Source: Octopus sinensis (taxonomy: Eukaryota). From it: a stretch of 64,000 bases of DNA. A program made the position numbers and the translations under genes. How positions within the stretch are numbered: the stretch's first letter is position 1; each line of letters opens with the position of its first letter. Positions 13,281 to 26,295 of the stretch are shown piece after piece. Under the pieces are notes generated by a model. The model saw only the letters and a program-made list of their open reading frames with translations. It was not told where the DNA came from and made no database searches. The stretch covers positions 28,768,001-28,832,000 of the forward strand of contig NC_043017.1 in the NCBI RefSeq assembly GCF_006345805.1. The letters run 5' to 3'.

Positions 13281-13957
13281 CGTAAAATTCTGCATCGAAA
13301 TCGTACTAGATTTCATACGTAATCTGGTCCCCATCACCACCACCATTCGCCCTTAATTTCTAGAATTGATTTCCCAAATAAAATTTCGCTTTGTTATAAA
13401 AAGACTTTCCTAAATCTAGTACATTTACAAAAATTGTACCAGACATCCAACCTACCAAGCTATACTATACGGCAACACACAACACAGTCGATATTATACC
13501 AAATCTAAATAATAGAAAATTAATATACCTAGAAGTGTGTAGCAGCAGAACTATTAGCAGGATACTAACCTACACATAGTAAACCTGCGAATTTATCTAG
13601 TCGTAACGCGAGGGGATATCAACCCGACCAATTCAGGATCTGAGGCACTGCCGACTCCATATAACCGTCCTTCTAATCCGTTAACCTCGAATTCAATTAT
13701 GGATTATGGAAATGATGTCATTCGTACTGTCAACAACTATCACTTTAACCATCCGAATAGTTCCCTCGCTCCTACCTTCGCAGCACCACATGATGCTGTC
13801 CAAGAACTTGGACCTGGAGATCTCCATTTCTAGCGACTTCGAGGCCACCTCATAGTGGTGTCAGGCGTCAGCGAAGAGCCCTCCACGACAACAAGACGAC
13901 CAAAGTTTTTTTTCCCAAGATCTAGGGTCTCTCGTCCATAAGCCCTAGACCATCACC

Positions 13958-14188
13958 TATTTTTTTACTACCCACAAGGGGCTAAACACACAGGGGACAA
14001 ACAAACAAGGACATACAAATGAATTAAGTCGATTACATCGACCCCAGAGCGTAACTGGTACTTATTTAATCGACCACGATAGGATGAAAGGCAAAGTCGA
14101 CCTCGGCGGAATTTGAACTCAGAACGTAGCGACAGACGAAATACTACAAAGCGTTTCGCCCGGCATGCTAACGATTCTGCCAGCTCGC
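13958..14188 (-). mobile_element. SINE family A (tail A1)
   Basis: Reverse complement of the complete A consensus. Confidence 0.9.
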
Positions 14189-14990
14189 TCGTCTACACCA
14201 TCACCTAATCACCCTTACCCGTCTTATTTCTTAACAACAACATCTCATCATCATCATCAACAACAACAACAACAACGACGACGACGACGACGACAACAAC
14301 AACAACAACAACACATGGTACTTGGCCAGTTAGCCCCTTTCATTTTGATATAGGGTCCAGGACTGGCAGTCCTTTTAATACCCCTACACCGTCCGAGACG
14401 AAACTATGTGGCTTCAAATATCCATCTTCCTGTACCATTGGATAATGAATGTTCGCCCAGAATATTCTGTACAAGCACACAGTACACTAATTAATTATAG
14501 AATTTTAGCGCCAATTCGGGAAACAAATGTTGCCTAGTTTTGATCTTTCAGCAAAACGATCCATTGAATGACATTTTGTGAGAAACGACACCAGTAAAAA
14601 TTATTCTATCACTTTTCGTGTTTGCACCCGAAGCGGAACGTGCAAGTAAAATCTTATTGTTGTTGCTTTTGTTGTCGGGTGCTTTATTTTTATAATTCGT
14701 TCATTCTTCTGGCATTTGTTTACGTCTTCATGATTTTAATTTTTAATGTTATTTTGTGCGCTGTCTTTGTTTTAATTTGTTTAATGTAATCATTCTTTTG
14801 GATGGATCGCAGGAGACAATACGCAAATAATTGCGTAGCATTAGTCGGCATTATGAAATGGGGATGTTTTGGAAATCAAAAACCTAGGCCTAGGCCTTCA
14901 AACAGTTCTTTCGTTGCGGAGAATAAAATTGAAAATTATGACGCTCCCTTGAGAGGAATTCTTTTTACTCGCTAAACCAAAATAGGCATC

Positions 14991-15045
14991 AAATAATAAT
15001 AATAATAAAAATATTGATAACAATAATAATAATAAGATTAATGAT

Positions 15046-15124
<79 letters not shown>

Positions 15125-15125
15125 T

Positions 15126-15162
<37 letters not shown>

Positions 15163-15170
15163 AACTACCC
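14991..15170. repeat. (AAT)n/(GAT)n array
   Basis: Direct reading. Confidence 0.95.
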
Positions 15171-15171
15171 T

Positions 15172-15413
15172 GGTGCAATACCAGGCAGTGGCTCTCTTGG
15201 CTTCTGATCTTAACTTATTGGAAGTGTTATCATGTACATTGTTTTGTCTGGGTATAAAAGATGGGCAACAGCAAATATTCTGCTCAATACCACAGATTTG
15301 CTTGTCAGTTGTTTAACCTTAACCAGTTGAGCATGTCCCTTAGTGGCTGACGATATGTGCATCTCTGATCCTGAGCAGAAGTACTTGGGGAGCATCATAG
15401 CCATGTGTTGAAA
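15172..15413. mobile_element. Non-coding interspersed repeat family D, copy 1 (partial)
   Basis: About 170 bp (ttttgtct.ggtataaaagatggg to catagccatgt) near-identical to 15655-15828. Confidence 0.7.
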
Positions 15414-15594
15414 GGACTTACAAACACATATAACATACAGAAAATTGCACTACTAGGCACTGCACACATCCTACGCAGAACACTTTCCATACAATAACCA
15501 TCAGAGCATCACAACAAATCACAGCACATACCCAAGGCACACAGAGCTGCGCTCGGTAGTGAAGTGAAAGCACGCTATAAAAATAAAACTACTG

Positions 15595-15595
<1 letters not shown>
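15414..15595 (+). mobile_element. 3' end of a third R4/Dong family
   Basis: Frame starting at 15414 reads GLTNTYNIQKIALLGTAHILRRTLSIQ* (stop 15495-15497), then a ~100-bp UTR and (AAT)n. Confidence 0.85.
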
Positions 15596-15627
<32 letters not shown>

Positions 15628-15639
15628 AATAATAATAAT

Positions 15640-16133
15640 TGTCTTGGTAGCATAGTTTTGTCTTGGTATAAAAGATGGGCTACAGCAAATATTCTGCTCA
15701 GTACCACAGATTTGCTTGTCAGTTGTTTGACCTTACCCAGTTGAGCATGTCCCTTAGTGACTGACGATATGTACATCTCTGATCACGAGCAGAAGTAGTG
15801 GGGGAGCATCATAGCCATGTTTTGAGAGGGATTCTTTGGGGTTTGAATAATTCACCCTTGGAATCAGGGGTGTTTCGTTCAACATCCTTAAACAACCCTT
15901 ATTCAGGGACCTTTAAGCCGGATGGGCTACTCGACCAGAACAAAATTCTAACTGGGCCCCACCTGCAAGGTCATGTGCTGTTTGTCTTGATATGAGACCA
16001 CCATGTCGCGCATATATGGTTGTGATGCATGTGCCTGGTGTACCCTTATCAGACGGGTAGTCATGATGGGTATACTGGACTTCGTATATTTTACCCCAGT
16101 GTCACTTTGATGGCATGCACTGCTCTTTCACTC
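15640..16133. mobile_element. Non-coding repeat family D, copy 2, embedded in (AAT)n
   Basis: Bounded by (AAT)n at 15596-15639 and 16134-16313; overlaps copy 1 in sequence; no credible ORF or Pol III boxes seen. Confidence 0.7.
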
Positions 16134-16169
<36 letters not shown>

Positions 16170-16223
16170 TAAAAATAATATATATGATAACAATAATAAT
16201 AATATATAATAATAAGAATAATA

Positions 16224-16269
<46 letters not shown>

Positions 16270-16314
16270 TATAATAATAATAGAATAGTAATGATAATAT
16301 AATAATAATAATTT

Positions 16315-16487
16315 CTGCCTGGAAGTTGAGGGAGGTGTCTAGTCGATTAGGTCGTCACTTGAGCTCAAATGGTAATTATCATTCAGTCCCGGAATAATAA
16401 ACTATTAACTCGACCCTGGTGGGAACAGATAGGCTAAATGCGGCTACGCTTTTTGTCTAGCATGCTAATCATTCTGCCAGCTGGTAT
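16315..16487 (-). mobile_element. Highly degenerate SINE A-like copy
   Basis: Ends with gcatgctaatcattctgccagct (reverse complement of the A head); body residues remain. Confidence 0.5.
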
Positions 16488-16518
16488 CTTAAGATGATGA
16501 TGAAAATGATGATGATAA

Positions 16519-16705
16519 TACTTTCTACTATAGGCACTAGGCCTGAAATTTGTTGGAGAGGAGAGTCGATTACATCGACCCAATGTTTTCAATGGTACTT
16601 AATTTATCGACCACGAAAGGCCACCTCGGCGGAATTTGAACTCAGAAGAAAATGTCTCGAAATATTTTGCCCGGTGCGGTAACTATCCTACGAGCTCGTC
16701 GCCTT
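16519..16705 (-). mobile_element. SINE family A with alternative tail A2
   Basis: A head and body plus tail (reverse complement) aaatttcaggcctagtgcctatagtagaaag. Confidence 0.8.
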
Positions 16706-16830
16706 ATGATGATGATGATGATAATGAGGAGGATGTGGAGGTGGAGGAGAAGGAGAATAACAATGAGGAAGGGGAGGAAGACGAAGACGTGGACGAGAAT
16801 GATGATGATGAAGATGATGATGATAATGTT

Positions 16831-16886
<56 letters not shown>

Positions 16887-16918
16887 AACAACTTTGATGA
16901 TAATGATATTGCTCACAA

Positions 16919-17144
16919 CGAGCTGGCAGAATCGTTAGCACGGCGGGCGAAATGCGTAGCCGTATTTCGTCTGCCGTTACGTTCTGAGTTCAAATTCCGC
17001 CGAGGTCGACTTTGCCTTTCATCCTTTTGGGGTCGATAAATAAAATACCAGTTACGCACTGGGGTCGATATAATCGACTTAATCCGTGTGTCTCTCCTTG
17101 TTTGTCCTCTCTGTGTTTAGCCCCTCGTGGGTAGTAAAGAAATA
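16919..17144 (+). mobile_element. SINE family A (tail A1)
   Basis: Near-consensus full copy. Confidence 0.92.
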
Positions 17145-17952
17145 TATATCGTTCACGATGACGATGATGGTGGTGATGATGAGTGCGTATTATTTTTCAT
17201 TTAACTCCAGTTGCTAAATAAGAAGATTACACAATATCAATATATTTATTATTCCCAGTGTGTAAAATACAAAAGAAACCCATCGAAGTTGCCCTTTCTT
17301 GAAAGAATATTTAAGAAATACTCGGAGAATTTGCGTGCGGTTACGAATATGGGTTGAATATTCTTTTATCACAAATATACAAGGTTAACAAGAACGTGGA
17401 ATGGAAAACATGCATACAATTATAAGGTTAACGAGGATGGTCAGAATTGCATAATGGTATGTTGGTTTCTACTAACAATGTATATAATTTCTATTATTAA
17501 CGGTTTTTTTCTGAAACGTGACTATGCTTAATCTTATACATAATTTGTTAATTATCCTGACAGAAATGTTCGTACCAATTATGATATTCTAGGTATAATC
17601 CTTAACTGCCATAATACTTCAGTTCAACATCTAGATCAGTGCAATTGTTAAGCGTTTCAGCACGCTTTGCACAATAATGGAGCCATTTTGTATTGTCATG
17701 TCGATAATTATTAGGCAATTGACTTTCTCGTCGTAGACAATTATGTCAGGTTAATTATTTTATTTCCCCTGATTTGACTACATTCTAAGATTTCATATTC
17801 TCACAGTTTTTCCATATTATTGCATATATACCATTATATAATTTCCGTTACAGCGCCAATGGAACTAAACACCTGTTTCTGCTGTAAGCCCTGAACATAT
17901 TATAAATCTATCATTGGGTTCAGCCAGGAGTTCGGGGCGCCATCATTAAATA

Positions 17953-18179
17953 TTACTCTTTTACTCGTTTCAGTCATTTGATTCGTTTCAGTCATTTGAC
18001 TGCGGCCATGCTGGAGCACCGCCTTTAGTCGAGCAAATCGACCCCAGGATTTATTCTTTGTAAGCCAGGTACTAATTCTATTAATCCCTTTTGCCGAACC
18101 GCTAAGTTACAGGGACATAAACACACCAGCATCGGTTGTCAAGCGATGTTGGGTTGGGGGGACAAACACAGACACACAA

Positions 18180-18224
<45 letters not shown>

Positions 18225-18330
18225 CTTATGAGTTTCCGTCTACCAAATCCACTCACCGCTAAGTTACAAGGACATAAACACACCAGCATCGGTTGTCATG
18301 CGATGGGGGGGGGCAAACACAGACACACAA

Positions 18331-18361
<31 letters not shown>

Positions 18362-18500
18362 CATATGAGTTTCCGTCTACCAAATCCACTCACAAGGATT
18401 TGGTCGGCTATAGTAGAAGACACTTGCCCAAGGTGCCACGCAGTGGGACTGAACCCGGAGCCATGTGGTTGGTAAGCAAGCTACTTACCACACAGCCACT
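17953..18500 (-). mobile_element. SINE family B with internal tandem duplication
   Basis: Full tail and head; segment cgctaagttac...ccactcac present twice (18100-18256 and 18257-18393). Confidence 0.9.
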
Positions 18501-18859
18501 TACAATATTCCTACAAATCTACCAATTTTACCAATATAACAACGTTTGATTTCAATATGTTTAAATACCACTCTGAACTTCGTAGTTTTTCGTTTCAGTG
18601 TATTGTGTATTTTTAAATTCCGTTTCGGTTTTTTTTTTCGTGATCAAATGTTACTGTCATGTCGTAGAATGTAAATCTATTTCTTTAATCAAATTAGTTT
18701 GTATGTACTTTAATATTTCAACATTTTTTTTCTACGATTGCATGTAGTTTATTTCCGTACTATACTGTTTCAGAGCATATACTGTTTCTTTTTTAACTTC
18801 TATCCTTTTGTGTGTGTATAAACAAATACTGTTGCAATTCACTTACAATTTTCTGACTT

Positions 18860-19370
18860 CGGTGATTTTCTTGTCTTTTTGGTGTAACATCACAGAGGTT
18901 TCTATTTTTATCTGCATCTGTACATACTAACAATGGAATACGTAGATTCTCTCTCATCAGTGAGTTCTGCTAGTACTTTGATGAATTTTCTGTCTAAAAA
19001 CATCAATTCACCCAATTCCATTCTTATAATATTGAATATGTAATATATAATTTACTTCCCTTATAAAGTTTAAGTTATCTTTTTGTAATACTAAGTTATT
19101 GCTTGACTTTAATTTGATTCCAAGTCAACAATTCCATTCCCCATAAAATATTTTTGAGTTTCGGGTCTAAGTGGATGAACTCAGTGCATAATTTAGAATT
19201 CTCAGACCTATTTTATATGCATATGCCTTTTATAAATACCTTTTTAAATAGATTTTATGCTTTGGTTGCACTTATGAAGAAAATTTGAATGGGATTTCCA
19301 ATTTAGCATTGGCCCCTACAAGTATTTTAAAATCATCCAGTAAAAGGAAATAGTTTCTACTTCGTAGCAT
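18860..19370 (-). mobile_element. Possible remnant of a LINE apurinic endonuclease region
   Basis: Minus-strand peptide DDFKILVGANAKL resembles ILLGDFNAKIG; otherwise heavily decayed. Confidence 0.3.
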
Positions 19371-19704
19371 AGATAGAGATGGATGGCTTTTTTAAAACAA
19401 CAAATGTTGAGTTAGATATAAGATAATACGAAATAGAAATGTGTCTGTGTGTGTGTGTACAGAAGGCAGTATGATAATAATGTGTGTGTGTGTGGTGGTG
19501 TGTGTGTGTGTGTGTGTGTACAGAAGGCAGTATGATAATAATAAAAATACGTTATGGCGAAAGTTCTGATAACATTTGACTTCCTCTTGTATGTATATAT
19601 ATGTAAGTATGTATGTATGTATATATGTGTATATATGTATTTATGTATGTATGTATGTATGTATGTATGTATGTATGTATATATATATATATATATAATA
19701 TATA

Positions 19705-19735
<31 letters not shown>

Positions 19736-19749
19736 TATATATATATATA

Positions 19750-19787
<38 letters not shown>

Positions 19788-19788
<1 letters not shown>

Positions 19789-19920
19789 GCACATAAATAA
19801 TGGTTAGAACGTTGGGTTTATAACCATGAGGTAATGAGTTCTATTCCTCGACTGGGCTGTGTCTTTTAAAAACGGCGGTGCATCAGCATGGCCACAGCTC
19901 TGAGCTGAAACAAGAAAAAA
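19788..19920 (+). mobile_element. Short tRNA-headed SINE-like element with CR1-type tail
   Basis: aatggttagaacg (A-box-like), gagttctattcc (B-box-like), tail ggcggtgcatcagcatggccacagctctgagctgaaacaag. Confidence 0.55.
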
Positions 19921-19930
19921 TATATATATA

Positions 19931-20824
19931 TACGACAGGAGGTCAAATGTTATCCGCACTTTCATTATAACATATCTTTATTATTGTCATACTGCTTTCT
20001 GCGACTGCGTGCTTATAGTTGGTACAATTGTGGTCACGTGATCGACGTTTGAGCCTGATCGTTCCATTTTCTTTCTAGTCTTAGAATGTAAGCATGGCCA
20101 CCCCACTAGCGATGTGCACCAAAGCAGAATAAAGAGCAATGATCCGATTTCTCGTGTCGCAAGCTGTGTCAGACGCTGAAATTCTTCGGTGGATTTTAGT
20201 ACAATGCAGTTATAGTGCACTACCACGTGTGGATCAAGAAATTTAAGAGTTTAAAAGTTTTGGGATTCAAAATATTCTGTACTGGAAGACTACCTGGAAA
20301 AGGGGTGTGCGATCAACAGTACAAGATACAGTTCTTTGCTGACCAATAAGCTGAAGCCAATTGTCGAGGAACGTGTTGCTGTTGCATGAAAATGCACGCC
20401 CACACACGGCTCCCCAGACCGCTGAACCCATTAACCAATTAGATTTTGAGGTGCGGGAAGACCGCACCTACAGCTCAGATCACGACTATTTCGTCTATCA
20501 TATCTTTCGATCGCTCAAAGATGTTTTACGTGTTCAGCGATTATCTGCGCATGAAGATGTGAAGGAAGCGATGTGTAAATGGTTGCACGGCCGACCGAAA
20601 GACTTCTTATTGGATGGAACACGCAGGCTTGTGGACCGCCGGACGAAGTGCATCGAAAATGATGGAGACTATATAGAAAAATGTCGTACTGTTTTTATCC
20701 CCTGATTTTGTTTATATACATTTTGTTTATATACATTTTGTTTATATCCCCTGATTTTGTTTATATACATTTTGTTTATATACATTGACAAAACAATGCG
20801 CATAATTTTTGAGTCTCCCTCATA
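19931..20824 (+). mobile_element. Internally deleted mariner element with both TIRs
   Basis: Ends tacgacaggaggtcaaatgttatccgca and tgcgcataatttttgagtctccctcata, TA-flanked; ATG at 20094 MATPLAMCTKAE*RAMIRFL; FWDSK..LEDYLEKG; ORF 20361-20705 LLLHENARPHTA...KCIENDGDYIEK. Confidence 0.88.
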
Positions 20825-21553
20825 AACAATAATACTTGGGTGGAATATATAAACATTTAATGCATCGCTACGCGTGTTTCCACAAATCGTATATCTCTTG
20901 ACATCACAGTCCGCATTACTGGAATGATTATGGTTTAGTCCATAGTATCAGTGGAGATCAGAGATCAGGCTGATCATCTTCATGGATTCATTTCTTCAGG
21001 TGATATATACGGCATTAATAGATGTACACCAGATGGGTGTTTATCCCTTTCAACCAATATGAAGTTTGAGTGAGTTAAGTGGGTATTTTGGTGTGCATTT
21101 GGTGGGGAGAAAGAGGTGATGGAGAGAGAGAAACAATTGGTTGTTTTATGGGGATGGAGGTGATTCTTGGCTCAATGTTTTCTTCATTCAACAGATATCA
21201 AGGACGGGTAGTACTTACTTCTGTTTGATCTCATCAATGCATGGCTCTCTTCAATGAATTCTGAAGTAAACAGGTCAACCAACACTATCGCTACGGCCAC
21301 CAGCCGTTGGGATTTATTGACTGAATTGATAAATGATATTTTCTTGAGGTGAACTATTCATTGTCTTTGATAGTAGAGTGTATAAAACCCCAAATATTAG
21401 TTGGCTTGTTTATTTGTATGCGTTCTTGCCATGTTCTATAAAATGCTTTATCGTTTCAAAATACGCTTTTGAAATATCAGAAACAGAATGACTGAAACAC
21501 GTAAAAGATAAAACATATATATGGCCAGAGCCTGAAGGCTGAAACATATATCG

Positions 21554-21554
<1 letters not shown>

Positions 21555-21652
<98 letters not shown>

Positions 21653-21672
21653 ATACATATATATATTATATA

Positions 21673-21718
<46 letters not shown>

Positions 21719-21804
21719 CAATATACATTATATATATACATATACATATATATATACATATACATATATATATATATAATATACATATATATTTAATTTA
21801 TATT

Positions 21805-21838
<34 letters not shown>

Positions 21839-21845
21839 TATATTC
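21555..21845. repeat. (TA)n microsatellite
   Basis: Direct reading. Confidence 0.95.
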
Positions 21846-22854
21846 TAACAAATTATTTATGCTATGTTTGTACTGAAGAGCTCAATATGTTCTCCAAGTA
21901 ATTTCTGTTTTTGCGTTTGTATGCCTATCGGCTTTTATTCTCATTCAGTTGCAATAAATTAAGTACAGCATGGATTCCAAATTTCCTTTGCACACCAAAG
22001 TTTCTATATTATTTTTAAAGTAGACTCGCACCCTAAATTTAATCGCCATCATGGTATCATTTCCGCAAGAAATCTCGTCTACTATATATCCCATGATGCG
22101 TTCTTCTGAAAATTTAAAACATTAAAGTTTCTAAAATGCAGTCACGTTGTTTTTAGATATAATTGATTCTTTGAACTACTTTTGTTCACTCATATTTTAT
22201 GTGAGAATATGGGATAACAGCCGTGATATTTTTTTTATGAGATGAGATTAGCGAGCTTTTGCATGTAGGCGGATTACGGCTTTTATAAACACCTAAATTC
22301 TATATTGTAGTGTGAAAATGAATGACTAAATTGTTCTGAAACATGCAAAAACAAAAAATGTTCTCTCTTCGGAAGTTTTCGATGACGTTTCAGTGAACGA
22401 AATATAAAAAAAAAAGAAAGAAAAGAAAAAGAAAAGAGAAAAAAGGACAATTTCTAAATTTCCAGACACACAGTCATAAAAATAAAATCCAGCTATCTAT
22501 GGTATCATTTAGGTGAAAACTCAAAATCCCAAAATAACAAACATCGTAAAATATACATGATGTCTCATACAAAATGTTAGTTTCTTTAAGTAATAAATAC
22601 CAATATTATAATGAGTACGTTTTATGAAGAACGATAGGTTGATACTTTTGTATATCGTGATATAATCTATGTTTATTTCATTAGGTTAATCATTGAAGAT
22701 AATGGCGTACATATTTCATAATATATACGTTAAGTGATTTTAAAGAGCTTTTAGGAAGGGACATATTGGAGTATGGAGATATCGAGAATAACTTTTGAAG
22801 ATCTAAGATATAACAAATTGTTAGGGTAATACATAATGAAATATAATTTAACAG

Positions 22855-22873
22855 ATATATATATATCTATATC

Positions 22874-22905
<32 letters not shown>

Positions 22906-23145
22906 GTGCATACATATATATATATATGTATATTATATATACATATATTATATATATATACATTCATACATATATATGTATATGTATATATATATACATA
23001 TATATCTACATATATATATATATATACTTATATATAGGTATATATATATGTATATATATACATATATATATATGTATATATATACATCTGTGTATGTGCT
23101 CGAACATCTATTCATATACAGACATAAATGCTTGTATATATAATT
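22855..23145. repeat. (TA)n microsatellite
   Basis: Direct reading. Confidence 0.95.
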
Positions 23146-23510
23146 AATTAAACCATATAATATATGGAATAAAATATCATACTGGTATATGAATATTAAT
23201 ATTGATATTATGGTAATAGCACTAAATATTGAAAGTGAGCTAATTAAATTATTCTATGAATATCGTATAAATATCCTGGTAACAATATACGATGTAAATA
23301 GAGATATTATAGAAAATAGCCGTGTGAACTCTGAGTTGTTGAAATCTAAAAGTAACTTGAATGCCGTGCAAAACCATCAGTGGGAAAAGCAGAACCGTGT
23401 AATTATACTTTGTACTAAATACAGGACAGTTTATGAAGATTTTTTTGTATAAAACGCAAACAAACAAATAAAATTATAAAGTTCGAGTTGTAATTTGGAA
23501 TGAGTGAATT

Positions 23511-23768
23511 CTAGGAACAATTTTGAGATTCATCGGCCCACAGTTATTTAATGCATTTCCAAAACATCTGAGAGATCTTCATAGAGTAGGGATAAATGTC
23601 TTCAAGAAATTACTTGACCTCTTGCAGTCCAAGAACACAGATGAACCTATATCACGGCAAGAAACTCAAAAGACATCAACATAAAATTCGTAATAGAAAT
23701 GGTGATTACAGTGGCAGTGATCCAGCATGGCCACAGCCTTCCAGTTGAAATATATGAAATAATAAAAG
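23511..23768 (+). mobile_element. 3' end of a CR1-like LINE
   Basis: GPQLFNAFPKHLRDLHRVGINVFKKLLDLL...DEP, then tail ggcagtgatccagcatggccacagcc (from 23713). Confidence 0.75.
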
Positions 23769-23789
23769 TATATGTCGTTGCTTCATGTG

Positions 23790-25043
23790 GAAATATAGGG
23801 GAATGAGTGGAAATCTAGGGTCATCCACGTCTGACGCATCTTTAGCAGCAAACTCTAAGACATATTCAAGGGCACATTTCTTCCACTTAATTTGTAAATA
23901 AGGTTGTAAATGGCTATCAATTTTCAAAATGTTGGATTATGAATTCAATTATTGATGCACTTTTAGCCTCATCAAAATCATTTCAGGATTTTTCAGATCA
24001 TCCGCTAGTTTCTGTGACTTTTGTGGCCTTTTCACTGGTTTACTTTGTTTCAGATTATTGAGATTTTCCTCAGTGACCAAGTGGAAATTGCCAAATCTTT
24101 TTTTCAAGAATAGTGAGTGCTTGTTGATATCCTACCACACCACTGATTAAGAGACAGCCCCTGATGGCCTCTCTCGCGGGACCTTTTGTATACTGAATTA
24201 GCCGTGTTACTTTGAAAATTATTATTATTATCTGTAGAAATCGAATCAACGTTGAGTTGGTACGATTTAATAAATAGATGATGCATGAGCGGATCACCCT
24301 TTTGGCATTTTTAAGCATGTAAGTAACTCATTGAGTTCAATAAGGGGTTTTTCAACCACACTTTGTAAATTTTGGGGCTTCATATTTTTGAATGCATATT
24401 TTACCGTGTAGAAAATATTCACATAGTGGGTTTGCAAACTGTATAAATAGTTTTCACTTTCGTCAACCTCACCTTCATGTAGGGTTTCATGAAAAGCCTT
24501 ATGTGCCTCACTGAATCTTTTGAACTGGTGCTTCAATGTTTTCCCTTGCTCACCAAGTGCATCTGAAGCGTCTTCCGCAATGCATTATTTCACTTAATTT
24601 ATTTCAAAAGTTAGTGTTCTCTTAGACAATGTCCTTTCTCTTTTGAGATCCGCTATCATAAAGCTTGTGATATTCAGATGAATCGATGGCACAAAGTCCC
24701 TTCCCAACGCCTTTTAAACAACTGAGAGGTTCTCTGCGAAGTTTTTTTCTACTGTTGCAGCTTCGTGTAGAAATCTAGGCGAGCGGGATTAAAATCACCA
24801 AAAATTTTTGTCAGCTCATCATTATAGGAGCAACAAAAGTTGGTAAAACTGGTACAAATTCACGTTCACAGTAACATGAAATACCTACCTACAAAAAAAA
24901 GTAAATAACAAAAATATTCCGGGATGACAGCGGGTTTTCCGAGACTTTGATGGACACAAAAGTCACCACCAGCCTGTCCTAAGACAAAAGCAACCTCGAC
25001 TCCAGATACAAACCGGAAGTGGCCAAGACCAAATAATATTACA
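23790..25043 (-). mobile_element. BEL/Pao LTR retrotransposon 5' fragment (candidate LTR plus decayed gag)
   Basis: Gag-like peptides TRLIQYTKGPAREAIRGCLLISGVVGYQQALTILEK and IDSHLQPYLQIKWKKCALE...DASDVDDP; candidate LTR 24809-25043 with TGT...ACA ends, followed by TGGTG (PBS-like). Confidence 0.7.
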
Positions 25044-25087
25044 ATAAACTTATCGTTGGAGCTATCAGAATATTTGTGCAGTTGTGT

Positions 25088-25130
<43 letters not shown>

Positions 25131-25410
25131 TGAGTGAGAGATAGAGAGAGAGAGGAAAAAGAGAGAGAGAGAAAGAGCTCATGTGTTATGTGGATCTATG
25201 AATGTGACCCCATAGTTATAATATGTGGGAAGTAAGTATTTGTTGCTTCACTGCATCCCTGTTACTGTCAAAATACTGCAAATGATTACACACCACGAGG
25301 GAAGAAAGAAATTAGAATTTGGTTGAACAGATTCTCAACGGCAAAGCAGTCCTTAAGGACGCAAACCTGTACAACCGAATCATGTTGAATATATGAGTAG
25401 ATTAGGAGTA

Positions 25411-25632
25411 TTCTCTTTTACTCTTTTACTCTTTTACTTGTTTCAGTCATTTGACTGCGTCCATGCTGGAGCACCGCCTTTAGTCGAACAAATCGACCCC
25501 GGGACTTATTCTTTGTAAGCCCAGTACTTATTCTATCGTTCTCTTTTAGCCGAACCGCTAAGTGACAGGGACGTAAACACACCAGCATCGGTTGTCAAGT
25601 AATGCTAGGGGGACAAACACAGACACACAAAT

Positions 25633-25674
<42 letters not shown>

Positions 25675-25838
25675 GACAGGCTTCTTTCAGTTTCCGTCTA
25701 CCAAATCCACTCACAAGGCATTGGTCGGCCCGGGGCTATAGCAGAAGACACTTGCCCAAGCTGCCACGCAGTGGGACTGAACACGGAACCATGAGGTTGG
25801 TTAGCAAGCTACTTACCACACAGCCACTCCTGCGCCTA
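25411..25838 (-). mobile_element. SINE family B, full length
   Basis: Reverse complement of taggcgcaggagtggctgtgtgg to (agagtaaa)n tail; internal (TA)n. Confidence 0.93.
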
Positions 25839-26295
25839 TTCATTTGAATATATATCTTACGTAATAGATGACAGATGAACTATGTCTTGGCAATGCTTCT
25901 GCTGCTTTACTTCAAGCCATGAAGTAAATGACAATAGCAGGTGACAGCGGGTTAAAGGTAGGAACTGAAACGATCAGTGTAGTCACTAACAGAATTAAGC
26001 TATCGACGAATGTGTTTCAGTGTGACAATTTATCTCTAACATCAGACACTTTGTCAGTCATGCTAATTCTAATTAAAAGGATCCACTGCAGAAAGAAAAA
26101 AATAATGTCACCAAAACCTATTCTATAGACGACCTTATGTCATACTATAGTAATAGCCGTGACATCAGATGAAATTAGTTTCAACCTTTAGTCCGGAAAA
26201 ATGTTCATGATTATTAATCAAAGAAAGATTGTCTTAGAGGTAAGGAATATACAAACCAATGGTGTATACCAGTGATGAATATTACAAATACCAAA

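Noticed and set aside
15347-15353. CTGACGA in family D (also 15761-15767)
   Set aside because: No downstream GAAA-stem III-UH arrangement.
20700-20786. Short tandem duplications (ttttgtttatatacat) in the mariner 3' region
   Set aside because: Local slippage; no further significance evident.
23189-23452. 87-aa ORF MNINIDIMVIALNIESELIKLF...
   Set aside because: AT-rich, no recognisable motif, and wedged between a microsatellite and LINE debris.
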